From Eledone cirrhosa (lineage: Eukaryota): a DNA stretch of 64,000 bases. Shown one piece after another: positions 23,367-36,843 of the stretch. A model generated the notes under the pieces. It made no database searches. It saw only the letters and a program-made list of their open reading frames with translations, and had not been told where the DNA came from. The DNA lies in the NCBI GenBank assembly GCA_964016885.1, contig OZ024740.1:126976001-127040000 (forward strand), read 5' to 3'. The position numbers were made by a program, and so were the translations under genes. How positions within the stretch are numbered: the first letter of the stretch is position 1; each line of letters begins with the position of its first letter.

Positions 23367-26214
23367 GTTTAACGTCCGTGTTCCATGCTTGCATGGGTTT
23401 GGACGGGAGTTTTCCCACTTGAGGCAAGACTGGTTGTCTTGCTCGCATAGGACTGTCTGGCGGGTTTTCTACAGTTGGATGCCCTTCCTAACACCAACCA
23501 CATTTACAGTGTGGGGCTGGGAGGTTTTTACCGTGTTGCCTACAGGGCCACATTACAGCGTGGATTGTCTGGCAGGTTCTCTACAGCTGGATGCCCTTCC
23601 TAACACCAACCACATTTACAGTGTGCGACTGGGACGTTTTTACCGTGTTGCCTACACGGTCACATTACAGCGTGGACTGTGTGTTTTTTTTTTCGTGACA
23701 CCTACACGATCTCATTTGTTTCGGCCTGGATTTTGTGGCACCAACATAAATTTACATTGAAAGGGGCGGTGTGGATGGGGTGGGGGTGGTGGACGGGGGT
23801 GTATTTTGTTAGAGATGCCTACTGACTGTAGTAGGTTTTACTTTGTATTTAGGTAACGCGGGTCTTCTCTGTTACTGAGTACCGCCAAAGGTCACGGTCC
23901 AGTGACATTGTCTTGGAGAGGTGTAAGTGTGTGAGGTCGGAATTTATCAGCTCGTCCCAGGTTTTTCTGGGTCTGCCTACTCCGTGGCTACCATCTATCT
24001 TTATTGCCCTGCACTTTGTTATACAGCTGTCGTCTTTCATGCGCGTCACGTGACCATACCAACGTAGCCTTCTCTCGAGTAAACAACATCTGATCCCTCT
24101 TATTTCTAATTTTTTCCTTAGTTCGTTTATGCTTTGCCGTTCGCGTATATTACTATTACACATCCAGCGGATCATGCAAGCTTCGTTCCTCTCTAGTCTG
24201 CGTATATCCTCTGCACACAATGTCCAGGTCTCACTGCCATGCAACATTGCTGTTCGTATGCAGGCATCATACAACCTGCCTTTCACTTTTAGGGAGAACC
24301 CTTTAGCAGCTAATAGTGGTATAAGCTCTCTGAACTTTTTCCATCCAGTTCTGACTCTAGCTACTGTACTTTCGGAGCACCCTGCCCCACTGCTGATTTT
24401 GTCACCCAGGTAAGGGAAGCTGTCCACTATTTCTATAGAACCCTCTGCGCAGTTGAAAGAGCTAGTATTTCGTGGGCACTTGCTGCTACTTATTGCACCA
24501 GAGCACCGGCCACATGTAAAATCTGTGTTCTTAGTTAGCTTACCTGTGATCCCACTACATCTTTTATGCACCCATACTTTGCATTTGGGACATAAAATGG
24601 AGTTTCTACCTACGCCTTTCCTACACACTGAGCATGGCCATTTCCCGGAAGGGACCGGGGCCTTATTTTCTTTCCTACAAACTAGAACTTTAGCCTTAGC
24701 CATGTTAATTTTAAGTCCTTTTGATTCTAGGCCGTGCTTCCATGTTTGGAATTTCTTCTCTAGCTCGGCCATTGATTCAGCTATGAGCGTTAGGTCATCT
24801 GCGTATAGGAGTTCCCATGGGCAGCCGGTCTTGAACTCCTCTGTTATAGCCTGAAGAGCAATAATGAATAGTAGGGGGCTAAGAACAGAGCCCTGATGGA
24901 CACCAACTTTTACGCTAAACTCTTCACTATATTCGTTGTTAATTCTAACCTTGCTGACTGTTTCTTTATACATGGCCTGTATAGCTCTCACAAGCCATTC
25001 GTCAACACCTAGTTTTCTAAGAGCCCACCAGATAATGGAACGGGGGACTCTGTCGAAGGCTTTCTCCAAGTCGACAAAGGCTAAGTATAGGGGTTTACTT
25101 TTAGCTAGGTACTTCTCCTGTAGTTGTCGTACAATGAAAAGAGCGTCTGTGGTACTTTTGCCTGACACAAACCCGAACTGCATTTCATCTAGATCGATTC
25201 TCTCTCTGATTAGTTGCACTATTACTTTTTCCGTGACCTTCATGACCTGGTCGATTAATTTAATCCCTCTATAGTTACTCCTATCTAGGGCGTCTCCTTT
25301 ACCCTTGTAACAGTTAATGATGATGCTGCTACGCCAGTCCTTCGGAACAACCCCATTCTGTATGACGTGGTTTACTATCCGGGTGACCATGGTGTGTCCC
25401 ACCGTTCCAGAGGCCTTCAGCATCTCAGCGACTATTTCCGAAGGCCCAGCCGCCTTACCCGTCTTCATATCTTTGATCGCCTTACTTATTATACTACCTT
25501 CAACTAACACTGCTGGTCCCTCTATTGGATCGATCTGGGGGAGACTATCCTTCTCCCATTTATTCTCCTCATTTAGTAGCCTCTCGTAGTGACACTTCCA
25601 AGCGACCTTCTTATCAGCGTCAGTGATGGCGAGTACGCCATCATCATTTAGTACACACTTCTCCCCAATAATATCACGGTTTTCCTTGACACATTGCCTA
25701 GCAATCCTGAACACCTCACGTTTTTGGTCATCGCGTTGTAGAACATGCTTGAACTTTCTTTCCTCTGCTTCCCTTCTTGCAAAGTACACTTGTCTCCTAG
25801 CTTCCCTCCTGGCCACTTGATAGTCTTCTCTACTTCCCCCATCCCGCCATATTTTCCAAGCCTGCTTTTTGGCCTTAATCGACTCCTCCACCTTACTGTT
25901 CCACCACCATGTTACTCTCCTCCTGCCTATAGGCCTGCTCCGGCCACAGACTTCGTCTGCCGCCATCAGCAGGTTTGCTTTCAGGAATTCCCACTGTCCC
26001 TCTATATTGTCCGACTCTAAATGCTCTTCCTTACTGTCGAAAGCGTCAAGTATTATGCTTTGAAATTTATTTCTGGCTGTGGGGTCCTTTAGCTTCCATA
26101 TTTTTCTCCTGAGGATAGTCCTCTTCTGCTGTCGAGTACATCTCGTCCTGACTATGAGGTCGCTAATTATCAGTCTATGTTGGGAGGTGCATTCTTCATG
26201 GGGGAGGGATTTAG
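23335..26214 (-). mobile_element. Young 5'-truncated RTE-type LINE with (TGA)n tail, inserted in (TA)n
   Basis: Tail (tca)n at 23335-23367; 3' UTR with ~113-bp tandem duplication (23450-23682); uninterrupted ORF; probable TSD (TA)n-TCATC on both sides. Confidence 0.95.
23849..26214 (-). CDS. LINE ORF: end of APE endonuclease, reverse transcriptase with PHD-type finger insertion
   Basis: 705-aa ORF with NYRGIKL, QFGF, FVDLEKAFD, GVHQGSVLSPLLF, LYADD, FPYLG, RRLRWYGHV, GRPRKTW. The frame stays open upstream to the truncation (EECTSQHRLII = APE C-terminus), so there is no true start codon. Confidence 0.92.
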
Positions 26215-26334
26215 TGTATATATATATATATATATATATATCATCGAAATATATATAGCAGTAAATAAAGGATTATGAGTTCATGCAATTGACTTATGTT
26301 TCGTCACTATATATATATATATATGATGATGATG

Positions 26335-26642
26335 ATGGCTGACCCCTGGTTTTCGAGTATGGCCATTGCAGGATATAACATTATTAATAATTATCAATTA
26401 ATTCTATCGTGCAATGCCTGTGCGTGAAGATTTTCTATCAAGTTAGGAAAGACTGTGCACTGAGCCAATCCGACTCTCTGAGCAACAGTAGCTATAACAC
26501 GAACAGAAGGAAATATCAACATCATCGGTAAATATTGAGCCGCAGCATTTATGCAGGAGTTATCTCTGTTTCCTGAGTTGCACTCTCCTAGAAGAATGCC
26601 CTGGCAAAGACTAGGGGTCCATCACTCCCAGTGGTTCAACTG

Positions 26643-26647
<5 letters not shown>
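26335..26647. repeat. Non-coding dispersed repeat between (TA)n tracts (family K)
   Basis: Aligns with 33972-34280 (attctatcgtgcaatgc; ctctctgagcaacagtagctataac). Confidence 0.85.
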
Positions 26648-26726
<79 letters not shown>

Positions 26727-26849
26727 GGAAGAGAGGGAGGGAGAGAGAGTTTGAGTGTATGTAAAAGAGATATACAGCCCTTGTGTGTAGTCCCTTGCAA
26801 TTCACCAAATTTATCGGTTAATTTATCAAAACAATATGTATATATATAA

Positions 26850-27036
26850 CTGTTTCTACTTTAGGCACAAGGCCAGCAATTACCCAGTGCATTACTGGTA
26901 CTTTATGTTATCGACCTCGTAAGGATGAAAGGCAAAGTAAACCTCGGCGGGATTTGAACTCAGACCGTAAAGGGACGAAACTATGCTGGAAAGCAGGGCG
27001 TTAGACGCTCTACCGATACTGTCAATCCATCGCCCT
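26850..27036 (-). mobile_element. tRNA-derived SINE
   Basis: Reverse complement of the 17934 SINE. Confidence 0.9.
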
Positions 27037-27150
27037 TACATATATATATTGAACACATTCAGTAAGCATTTATGAAGTCATTTTTACAAACTGTGCGTAT
27101 TAACCCCCTACACACATATTCACATACACACACACATACTCGCACGCACG

Positions 27151-27261
<111 letters not shown>

Positions 27262-29529
27262 GCACACACACATTTGTAAGCGCATTTATGTACACATTTC
27301 CTTTTTTTTCTAAATATCAGTTGTGGCATATAATATAATGGTTTACTTTTGTCATGTATATCTTGATATAGATACAAACTATATGTGTTCCGTCTATTTT
27401 TAGAACAAGATATATACATGCTTATATAAATACCGTAATCTATTTTATTTCTTAGGTCATTTATACATTTTAACCACTGTCTATACAAAATACAAACTAA
27501 TATATGATTTTAACTAGATGGCCTTACTCTTTTCTGATATATTATGAAATATGTTTTCACATCCAATTATTGCTGAAAGAATTCTAACAGTGTCTCTATA
27601 TTTTGCCCAACAGCTAATTAAGTTGGAATATAACAAAGTAATTCTATGTTTATACGCTGTTGTTTATTCTCTATTCAAAAGTAATCGGCACATGTGTTAT
27701 ATTCAAAGTGATGTTCTGTGTTGGTAAATAAGTAGTTTAATATAATCCTCAATTGAGAATGCTGTTAGCGTTTGATGTTGCCTATTTTCGTCGGGAATAC
27801 TTTATATTATTTCCTTTCTATTGGCAACCCAACACAGAATTTTCCAAACTTTCCGCTTCTAAGTAAATAAACAATACGCGCAATCGCTTTACACTTGTTC
27901 TGAGGAAACATTCTAATCTGTACTCTATAAAGTAGTAAAAGAATGTTTTTGTAAACGACACCAAAGAGGCTTATTCACTGGATATTATATATAATTGTAC
28001 GTATCCCTTTATATATCAAATGGTTATCTGCCAAGTCTTGGCCTTTGTTAGTATCTCCATTCACAGTTAAGGCACTGTTTACTTGAGCTTTTACAGAATA
28101 ATATATCTTCATTAGTGAAATACGTGAGCTATTGATTGGCTCGCTTAATAGACTGACTTCCTCTAGAGATTCCGATTCTTTCGCTGCATTTAGAATACAG
28201 CTAAATCCATATTGATCCAGCGTTTTACGCCTGCATTTCTTTGTTCTTTTAATGGAATTTGGAATCCGGTTGCTTTAATGTGTGCATTCAATTTCGTCTT
28301 TATCAAGTATTACTTTATCGATACAAGATAGAATGGATAAACGATTTCCTAGTTTCCCTAGCGAAGCGGTTTCTAATCGCTTTGTGAATCCTCCGAGGTT
28401 TTATTTTGAAGGGTATCTTTTCACTTATTGCTATCTGACGCTGCTTTAATTAACTTGTACATATATTTCATCATCACTTTACAATGATAAATGCATAGAA
28501 CCTGGGTGTTTGTCTTGAGACACATGACGTTGCTCACTTGATAATGATTAATTGGATCATTTATTGATCTACAGAATATATAGTGTGATCATTCCCTGTG
28601 AATTGCAACGTTCAAGGTAATATTATGGCTGTAATCGGTCGCTAATGTGGTTAATGATAAAATTAATCTAATAGGGGTTAACTGATAGCTAAACTGAAAT
28701 TAACATACACTAAAGAGACAATGATATTCAGTGCCGTTGAACGGCAGATATTAAGTATGCAATTGTTGTTGTATAATCCCATGACAGATGTAATCGATCA
28801 AGACAGTAGACGAAGGATTTCAAGCTGTAACAATCTTCCCTGGGGCTAATTTGTGGAATATGTCTTCATATTATGTTTATTACAAATGAGTGTGGTTTCC
28901 AGGATATTTCCCTCCATTCTCGGGTGTTACTCTGTAATGACTTCTTTCGTATTTCAACATAGAGTAGCTAACAATTGTTAAATACACATTCGAGGTTGAA
29001 TGTATGAGGTTAGGTGCAGACAATATACATGAATTAAACCGAAATAAAGTCCATTACTATCAAGGAACAAACGCAAAGCAAATTGCAGATGGATTTTAAT
29101 TAGTATTGTTTAAATAGGTCTATTTATTAATCTAGATCAAGCTTTCCTAACCTTTATTGTCGAGGACCTCCTAAAACATTTAGACACTTTCTACTACCAC
29201 AGACTTTTAAAACTTTGTAGTAAATATAAAGGCTGTAGTTAAACCGAAAATAAAAGTTAAAAGGCGCACTTTTTATTAATATGGTGAATAAGAGATATAG
29301 CAATTCGTGCTTCTTAATTGTTAACTATAAATATTCTGCAGCTTGATAGTTATGATGAACAAGAGGGGCTGAATAATGTTGGTGGACCTGTTCTTGTGGG
29401 CGAACTTGCGTTGAGAATTAACGTCAGTGAAATAATTTTAAAAGGTATTATCCTCAAAAAATAAAGTGGAACATTATTCATTTAAGATCGAAGTTGGAAT
29501 CAATGTTATTGACATTCACCCCTTCAAAG

Positions 29530-32000
29530 ACTACATGATAGTTGACATAGTCCTTTAATTTGATGTTCATATTTGATCAAAATTCTGTTGATGAATTCGT
29601 TCCAATGTTCGGATAATCCTTCAGTACAACGTTCACGTTTCACAGTAATAGAGTAAGGTAGAAATAAGAATGGTACATGACACTAAGCTTGGTTTGTAAA
29701 TTCAGGATTTTGTTTCTGAAGACACGATGGAAGTGTTTTCCAAAAGTGTCATAGCAAGATCGGATCAAGTTCTCGACGTCTTTTGCAGTGCTACATAGAA
29801 TGGAGGAGGTGTTTCTGAGGTATCTGAGTTGGCCTTCTTATACCAATGTTGTATTGGAGATGATTGCGTTAAAATATAGATTAATTCTGGGTGGAGCAGG
29901 CTATCTATGTACTTTTGTTTTCCGCGGGAAATTGCCAGATTGAAGCAATCAGAGGTATTTTGGAGCTGATAACTGCATTTCTATGAGAAAAGCGCTGGCT
30001 GGACACTCTCGTCGATGTATTACATAGTTCAATGATATACATCTTATTGGTTAGTCATTGAGATCTGAGTCTGGACAGATTGTAGGGTACACCATCGAAG
30101 TGATACTTAATCCTTACACCAGGGTTGGTAGGTGGGATTTGGTGAAGGATTGCTGCAAGATTGCTGGAGAAAACAGTTGGAGCAAGCACTCTTCATTGTT
30201 TTAAGACATTGGTGTTTGAGAAATCCTATATGTTTTTTAGTAAGTCAGCTGTCCTGCCATGCCACCTTAGAATTACCAGATGAGAGTCACACCAAGATCA
30301 GGACAACCGACTCGTTTCAGCAGCACCCACATAACAGAGTGTGGTACGGTGTCGAAAGATTTTTTCAAGATCTCAGAAGACAAGAGAGGCTTCTCTGCAT
30401 ATTTCTTGCAGTGTCATGCACAGAGAATCATGTCAATTGAACATGTAGAGGCTAGAAAACAACATTGAAACTCCGGCAACACTTTCTTCGAGATGACTGA
30501 ATAGTATTTTGACAGGGAAAGGAGAGGAGTAATAGAACCTAGTAGCTTCTGCAAATGTTACGATCTCTCTTAAAGACTGTACCGAAAAGGGCCCCTTTTT
30601 TTTAGATCTGCAGTTACTATTTGATTTTCTCAAATTTTCAGGTTGAGGTTGAGTAGCCTTTTCCTTAAGGACTAACCGCCATTGTGGATGGGTTCATGGC
30701 CTCACTGTTTTCATGGCATTGCCGAATTCACAAAATGGTGGAGGGTTGAATATCCATGGTTGAGGAGGATGATGCGAAACTGTTTGAAGAAAACCATCTA
30801 CTGCAGTGAAGTCTGTATCTACAAGAATGTAGGAGTTCGGGGTATTTTGACTGACTGCGAGAGTGGAAGCGTTGTCGGTAGTCCTCAAAATATCTGTTGT
30901 TTCTCGGGTTGAACCATAGAGATCTTAGGTACAGACATGGACATTTCTAAATTCTCTTGAGCCTAAATATATTTGAAGCTAAATAGCGTTTTCTATTTAT
31001 TTTGATGCGAGCATGATATTTCCACCCGAGGCCTTGAAAGCGTATTTTCTATCTGTTTGAGATTGGGTTTCCTTCAAAGGATATGTTAGCAACTGTTTTA
31101 GAATTGATCGATCTTGAAATTTCTTCGCTGTTTTCATCGAATCAATCCTTGTTCCTTTTCGTGAAGCCGATTGTGTACTGAGCTACGTTTTCCTATGTGT
31201 ATCGAATTGTTATCCACTCTTCATTGGCGTCCTTTGCGTCTTTGATGGAATACTTAATATTCATGATTTGATGAAGTGAACCTTCATTTAGATTGACATT
31301 TTAAGTGAACTGGTGATTTACAAGGAACAGTTATTTTGATTCGGCTGATGAAGATGTTGTGTTGCGCCTGAATGTCATCCCCCTTTCTTGTTCTGGCTTT
31401 CCTGGTGATAGTAACTTCTTTCATATCACATTGGCGAGTGCTAATGTTGTGTTTAAAACGTCTGTTCAGCCATGTAATCTTAAAGTGGTTTTGCTGCCTG
31501 AACCAAATTTTGTAATGAAGAGAAGAAAAAAACTTTTTGCATTGCAATTTTTGATAACTTGCTTTCCCATGACATGTCCCGACTCTGGCATTGAAATCAC
31601 CAAGCAAGATAACGTTGGCGAGAACAGTGTTAAGCTGCTGATAAAATGTGTTCTTAACATCGAGAGTAAGTGTATATATAGATGCAGATGAGAATGATGA
31701 AACTGTATACATTGAGTGGAACACAAAGAATATAACATTGACGACAGTTGAGTGAGTCGATGGTATTTCACCGGAATTGAAACCACAACAAAGAGAACAT
31801 TGTAATATTTACAATTCTTTCAAATAATCTAACCCGAACCAAATAACTCAATTTTCTTTTTATTGAAAGTCTTGTTCCATTCAATTGATCAACGAGGAAC
31901 TTCAGCCTAGCCAGTGTGTGAGTCCGGGGTTGTTCTTTTGTAGGTTGGATATCATTTTATTTTAGATTAAGCAAGGTTCTGATATTACAATTTCTAATTA
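29530..32000 (-). pseudogene. Degraded RTE-like LINE (APE and RT)
   Basis: ORF 31284-31724(-) has KNTFYQQL..VILLGDFNARVG (APE); RT-like remnants at ~29900-30450; many stops; ends approximate. Confidence 0.7.
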
Positions 32001-32575
32001 TAATACTAGTATGGTGGGTGTGAAATTTCGTATTTAGTGTGACTAACATTTTCAGTTATCCAATCAGCTTTGAAGAGATTTCCGATGTTTAAACCACATT
32101 CTCTGTGTACTTCTCCATTTTGGAAGGGTTATGGTGTTTCCAAATATGCCAACCTAGACACAGATCTAGGAATTTTGAAAAGTCTCAGGATGCAGATAGA
32201 TGAAACTCACATATCTACCAGAAACTTTCGATACTGGACAAAGCGGCTCCAGTTTCGATAGAACATGCACCAATCATGTAACATGGTTTTGAATGGTGTC
32301 GATCTCAACTTTAAGAATGTGACCTAATGACTGTAGTTTCGAAGACGTCCCTTGCTGTACATGTGGCAGTGGGTATGCATGCTAAGTCAAGGAAATGACG
32401 AAAATCCACCTTGTGTTGCACCCTTATCCACTATTTCAACCGTTGAGGTATTCTTTCTCTCGTTCTGACATTGATGATTTTGGTTATATTTTATTTAAAT
32501 TTGCTCTACCTGAACCACTCAAATCCGCGAGAACAGATCCCCCCCCCCCCGAGGGTTTGAAATGGGACAGCCATG

Positions 32576-32610
<35 letters not shown>

Positions 32611-32660
32611 TAATGAAATGACAGGAGGCTGGATTTGTGTAAATCCTTGAAAGGATTATT

Positions 32661-32719
32661 ATACTATGATCATTTCAATGACCGGGTTCCGTATTCAATC
32701 CGGTGATATCATCAGGTAT
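32661..32719 (-). ncRNA. Type I hammerhead ribozyme, intact core
   Basis: - strand: atac-CTGATGA-tatcaccgg(attgaatacggaac)ccggtcatt-GAAA-tgatca-TA-gtat. Confidence 0.85.
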
Positions 32720-32835
32720 TCGAAATATAATACGTGAATGTAATAGGTAAAATCCATGGGGCTGAAAATCGAGGATCCGAGGGCGACCGCTATCCTCCTC
32801 CTTCAACCTCAGCCAGTCGCCCTCGAATATTTCGA

Positions 32836-32893
32836 ATACCTGATGATATCACCGGATTCATACGGAACCCGGTCATTGAAATGATCATAGTAT
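32836..32893 (+). ncRNA. Type I hammerhead ribozyme, intact core
   Basis: atac-CTGATGA-tatcaccgg(attcatacggaac)ccggtcatt-GAAA-tgatca-TA-gtat; stem I atac/gtat; palindromic stem III. Confidence 0.85.
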
Positions 32894-33084
32894 AATAAAC
32901 CTTTCAAGGATTTAAACAAATCCAGACTCCTGTCATTTCATTATAATATTTAACTTCGTAATAGCACCACCAACTACTAAAACAAAGACGGTTGAACTGC
33001 TTTACGTTGAGTACTCTCTATATTATTACATTACGATTGACCATACGGAATTGACCAGCTCTATCCAGTGGTGAACCTCAAACC

Positions 33085-33567
<483 letters not shown>

Positions 33568-33858
33568 AATATGGTGCTTTAGGCGTAGAGTACAGAGTTT
33601 TTGATGAAGCGGACGTGTGGTATTTACATAACTCTTCTTCATTATTTCAAAGTAAAAAAATGAGTGGTGCATAATATATACATACACACTCATTTACAGA
33701 CACCACAACACATATACACACACAAACACATATATAAATATATATTATAATGAGTCGAGACTCGACGGCTCATCTCTTGCCGTTTAAACTGCTAATTCCA
33801 ATCACTTTATAATACAACAATATTCTATTAACCCAAGTATCGAGTATTCTGTTGAGTA

Positions 33859-33944
<86 letters not shown>

Positions 33945-33971
33945 TATATACACATATATATATATATATAT

Positions 33972-34449
33972 GATGGCTGCCCCTCGTTATCGGCTATGGC
34001 CATTGCACTATATACCACTATTAATAATCATTAACTAATTCTATCGTGCAATGCATGTGCGTGAAGATATTTTTAAAAATGAGGTAAGACTATGCACTGA
34101 GCCAATCCCACTCTCTGAGCAACAGTAGCTATAACCCGAAAAGAGGAAAATATCAAAATCATCGGTAACTACTGAGCCGCTGGATTTATGTCGGTGTTAT
34201 CCCAGTTTGCTCAGTTGCCTTCTAGAAGAATGCCCTGACGAAGCTAGGGGTCCATCACTCCTAGTGGTTTAACCGCGCGATCGGGTATCCAGTGCAACTA
34301 TTTCTATGTCTCCGTGCATATACATACACATGCACACATACATATACATATATATGTATATATGTATATGTGAATGTGTATGTATATGGACGGAGACATA
34401 GAAATAGTTGGCCTGGATACCCGATCGCGCGGTTAAACCACTGGGAGTA
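33972..34449. repeat. Family K repeat ending in an inverted duplication (34257-34330 vs ~34375-34449)
   Basis: tggtttaaccgcgcgatcgggtatccag is mirrored by ctggatacccgatcgcgcggttaaacca. Confidence 0.85.
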
Positions 34450-34675
34450 TATCTATACATACATATGTACATGTGTATATATACATGTTCACAAATTTTT
34501 GGATGGCCGTCGACTCTTATGCGTTCTTCCGCCCTTTGTCACGTTAATCTTTTGTCCTGCAGGTGTCAAAATCACCCTCCTCACCAAATAAAGTGGTTTA
34601 TCACCGACGACCCGACCAAGCGATATGTTGTAGTGGGGTTCATGTTACCAGTAGCACTCACGTGTGACTCGACAT

Positions 34676-34713
<38 letters not shown>

Positions 34714-34724
34714 GTCGAGTCATA

Positions 34725-34769
<45 letters not shown>

Positions 34770-34875
34770 GAAGCAAGTGCGAACGTGGCGAGAGACTTTT
34801 GGAATTGAAAAGGAAATAGCAACTTCCCCATAGTTGATTAAATATTATAATCTAATAATGGGGTGTGTATCAGAA

Positions 34876-34940
34876 TACGTGGGAATCGAACACACACATT
34901 TCCTTTACCGGTCGAGTATGCTACCACTCTGCCAGTGAGC
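34876..34940 (-). mobile_element. tRNA-like SINE head (not an intact tRNA)
   Basis: - strand: tggcagagtggtagc...gtgttcgattccc (A and B boxes); acceptor stem does not pair. Confidence 0.5.
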
Positions 34941-35388
34941 TTACCCACCTGTTTTGGTTGGCAAGTTGAGGCTACGTGAAAGTGGATTTAAGTCAAAGAA
35001 ATAGTATGAAGTGGAATGGATAGAGTCAGAAAGACGTGAGATTGAAAAGCAAAAGAAGATGAATGGTAGGAGAGGACAAAGTCGGTTTAACACTCACGCA
35101 CACATATATGAAATCTGTATATATGTGTTTGTGAAAAGTGGGTATGTTTAAAAATAAGTACACTGCAAGTGAGTTAGAATTGCAACAGGATACATTGCAG
35201 CAGGTTGGAAGGGAATTGATAGGAATGAGATGGAATGCAAAACCTGTCAGAAGATATAAAAAGAAAAGAATGACTGACGGCTACAATAGCAATTTATTAG
35301 TCCCAAAATATTCCTAAACGTACCAACATTTTATTTTCACATAGAACAATGCTTCAAGCAAACAAGTACATACAAACACATAGACCCA

Positions 35389-35498
<110 letters not shown>

Positions 35499-35617
35499 GT
35501 AATTATATTTAATTTGTTGGGATTCCAAAACAGACTTAAAGGTTTATAACTGATATAGAGTACTCACCATATTCTGTGGTGACAGTCAAGTTTGCAATTG
35601 ACTGTCACCACACAATA

Positions 35618-35656
35618 TGAACCTGAAGATTGCGAAAGCATTAACGTACTTGTTCA
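35618..35656 (+). ncRNA. Minimal hammerhead motif, family F (GAAA mutated)
   Basis: tgaac-CTGAAGA-t-tgc(gaaa)gca-t-TAAC-gtac-TT-gttca; preceded by a fold-back at 35569-35619. Confidence 0.65.
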
Positions 35657-35790
35657 ATTAACACTTAACATTTAATATTCTACCATACTATTTCATGATA
35701 ATATCATTATAGGTTTTAAGGATTGTAAAAATAATGAGTAAATCAGACAAAGTTATTAATATAATCTTCTATACACAATCATACACACCC

Positions 35791-35875
<85 letters not shown>

Positions 35876-35878
<3 letters not shown>

Positions 35879-36544
35879 CATTCGTTAGATTAGCTACTGC
35901 CAGAGCTTCGTTTATGCTGTATTAAATCTTGTATTATTATCTCCTAGACTTAATGATTAATTGATTAATTTAATTATACAATTTTATTGATGGGTTAATT
36001 GTTTGTGTTTGTTTAATACCATCTAGTTGAGTAATTTATTCGGTTTGTGTAAGGGAATGTATTCCTTTGTTAACATTTGAATTTGACCGCCAAAACCGGG
36101 GGTTACCTCCCTTCGGGAAAATCATGTGACTACTGGTCGTATTTACTGCTAATATTCACAACCGGGGCAGACTAAAACAAAAACTTGTTGACAAACTAAA
36201 TTCCACTGTTCTATCTTCCAAAACCAATAACTTGCAGTCCCCTGCAAGTGGATTTTGTTGATTTCGTATTTACAGAAACCTAGCGGAGATATTGTATGTT
36301 ATATGTTATATATATTATGTATTATATGTGATATGTTATATATAGTATCAACACGATGGTCAGTTCAGTTTTTTTCGTCGCTTTGGTTACTGCGGCTAGC
36401 CTATCGGTCGCTTGCTTCAATTTGCAAAGCTGTCTAACGTAATGTTAGAACTCTAAGGTGATACTCCTTATTGAGTACTTAGCTGCACACCCCGATTGCA
36501 TTCGTTAGCTGCTGCCAGAGCTTCGTTTATTCTGTACTAAATTT

Positions 36545-36548
<4 letters not shown>
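35876..36548. mobile_element. Family A element with ~50-bp terminal direct repeats between (TA)n tracts
   Basis: ttgcattcgttag...ctgccagagcttcgtttat at 35876 and ~36496. Confidence 0.7.
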
Positions 36549-36584
<36 letters not shown>

Positions 36585-36769
36585 ATAGTAAGGTCTATTA
36601 TTGGTTGTGTCATATGGTCCAATAAACTTTTGTTAGTTAGCAATATTAAGTTCTCCACGCTTTTGTATATCTCCAATTCCGTTTATGGGAACAGCTAGAT
36701 GGTGTAAAATGGAGTATTTGTATCAGAATAAAGATCCGAAGGCATGGTATACATTTCCAATCATTTTAA

Positions 36770-36843
36770 TCACCACACATGTTTCAATAAGAGATGGATC
36801 TATCGTGTGGTCATGATCTATTATTACTGATCTCATCAGGTGA
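36770..36843 (-). ncRNA. Hammerhead motif, probably the pLTR of the adjacent minus-strand PLE
   Basis: - strand: tcac-CTGATGA-gatc...tatt-GAAA-catgtg-TG-gtga; the cleavage position reads G, so probably inactive. Confidence 0.6.

Larger units (their letters stand above)
32607..32947. mobile_element. Young inverted-repeat cassette (~120-bp arms) with two intact hammerheads
   Basis: 32607-32728 is a near-perfect reverse complement of 32827-32947; the left end abuts (TA)n. Confidence 0.9.

Noticed and set aside
24129-26063. Several + strand ORFs
   Set aside because: Antisense shadows of the LINE RT ORF.
34876-34940. Functional tRNA gene (also the SINE heads)
   Set aside because: A and B boxes are present but there is no complete cloverleaf; SINE-derived.
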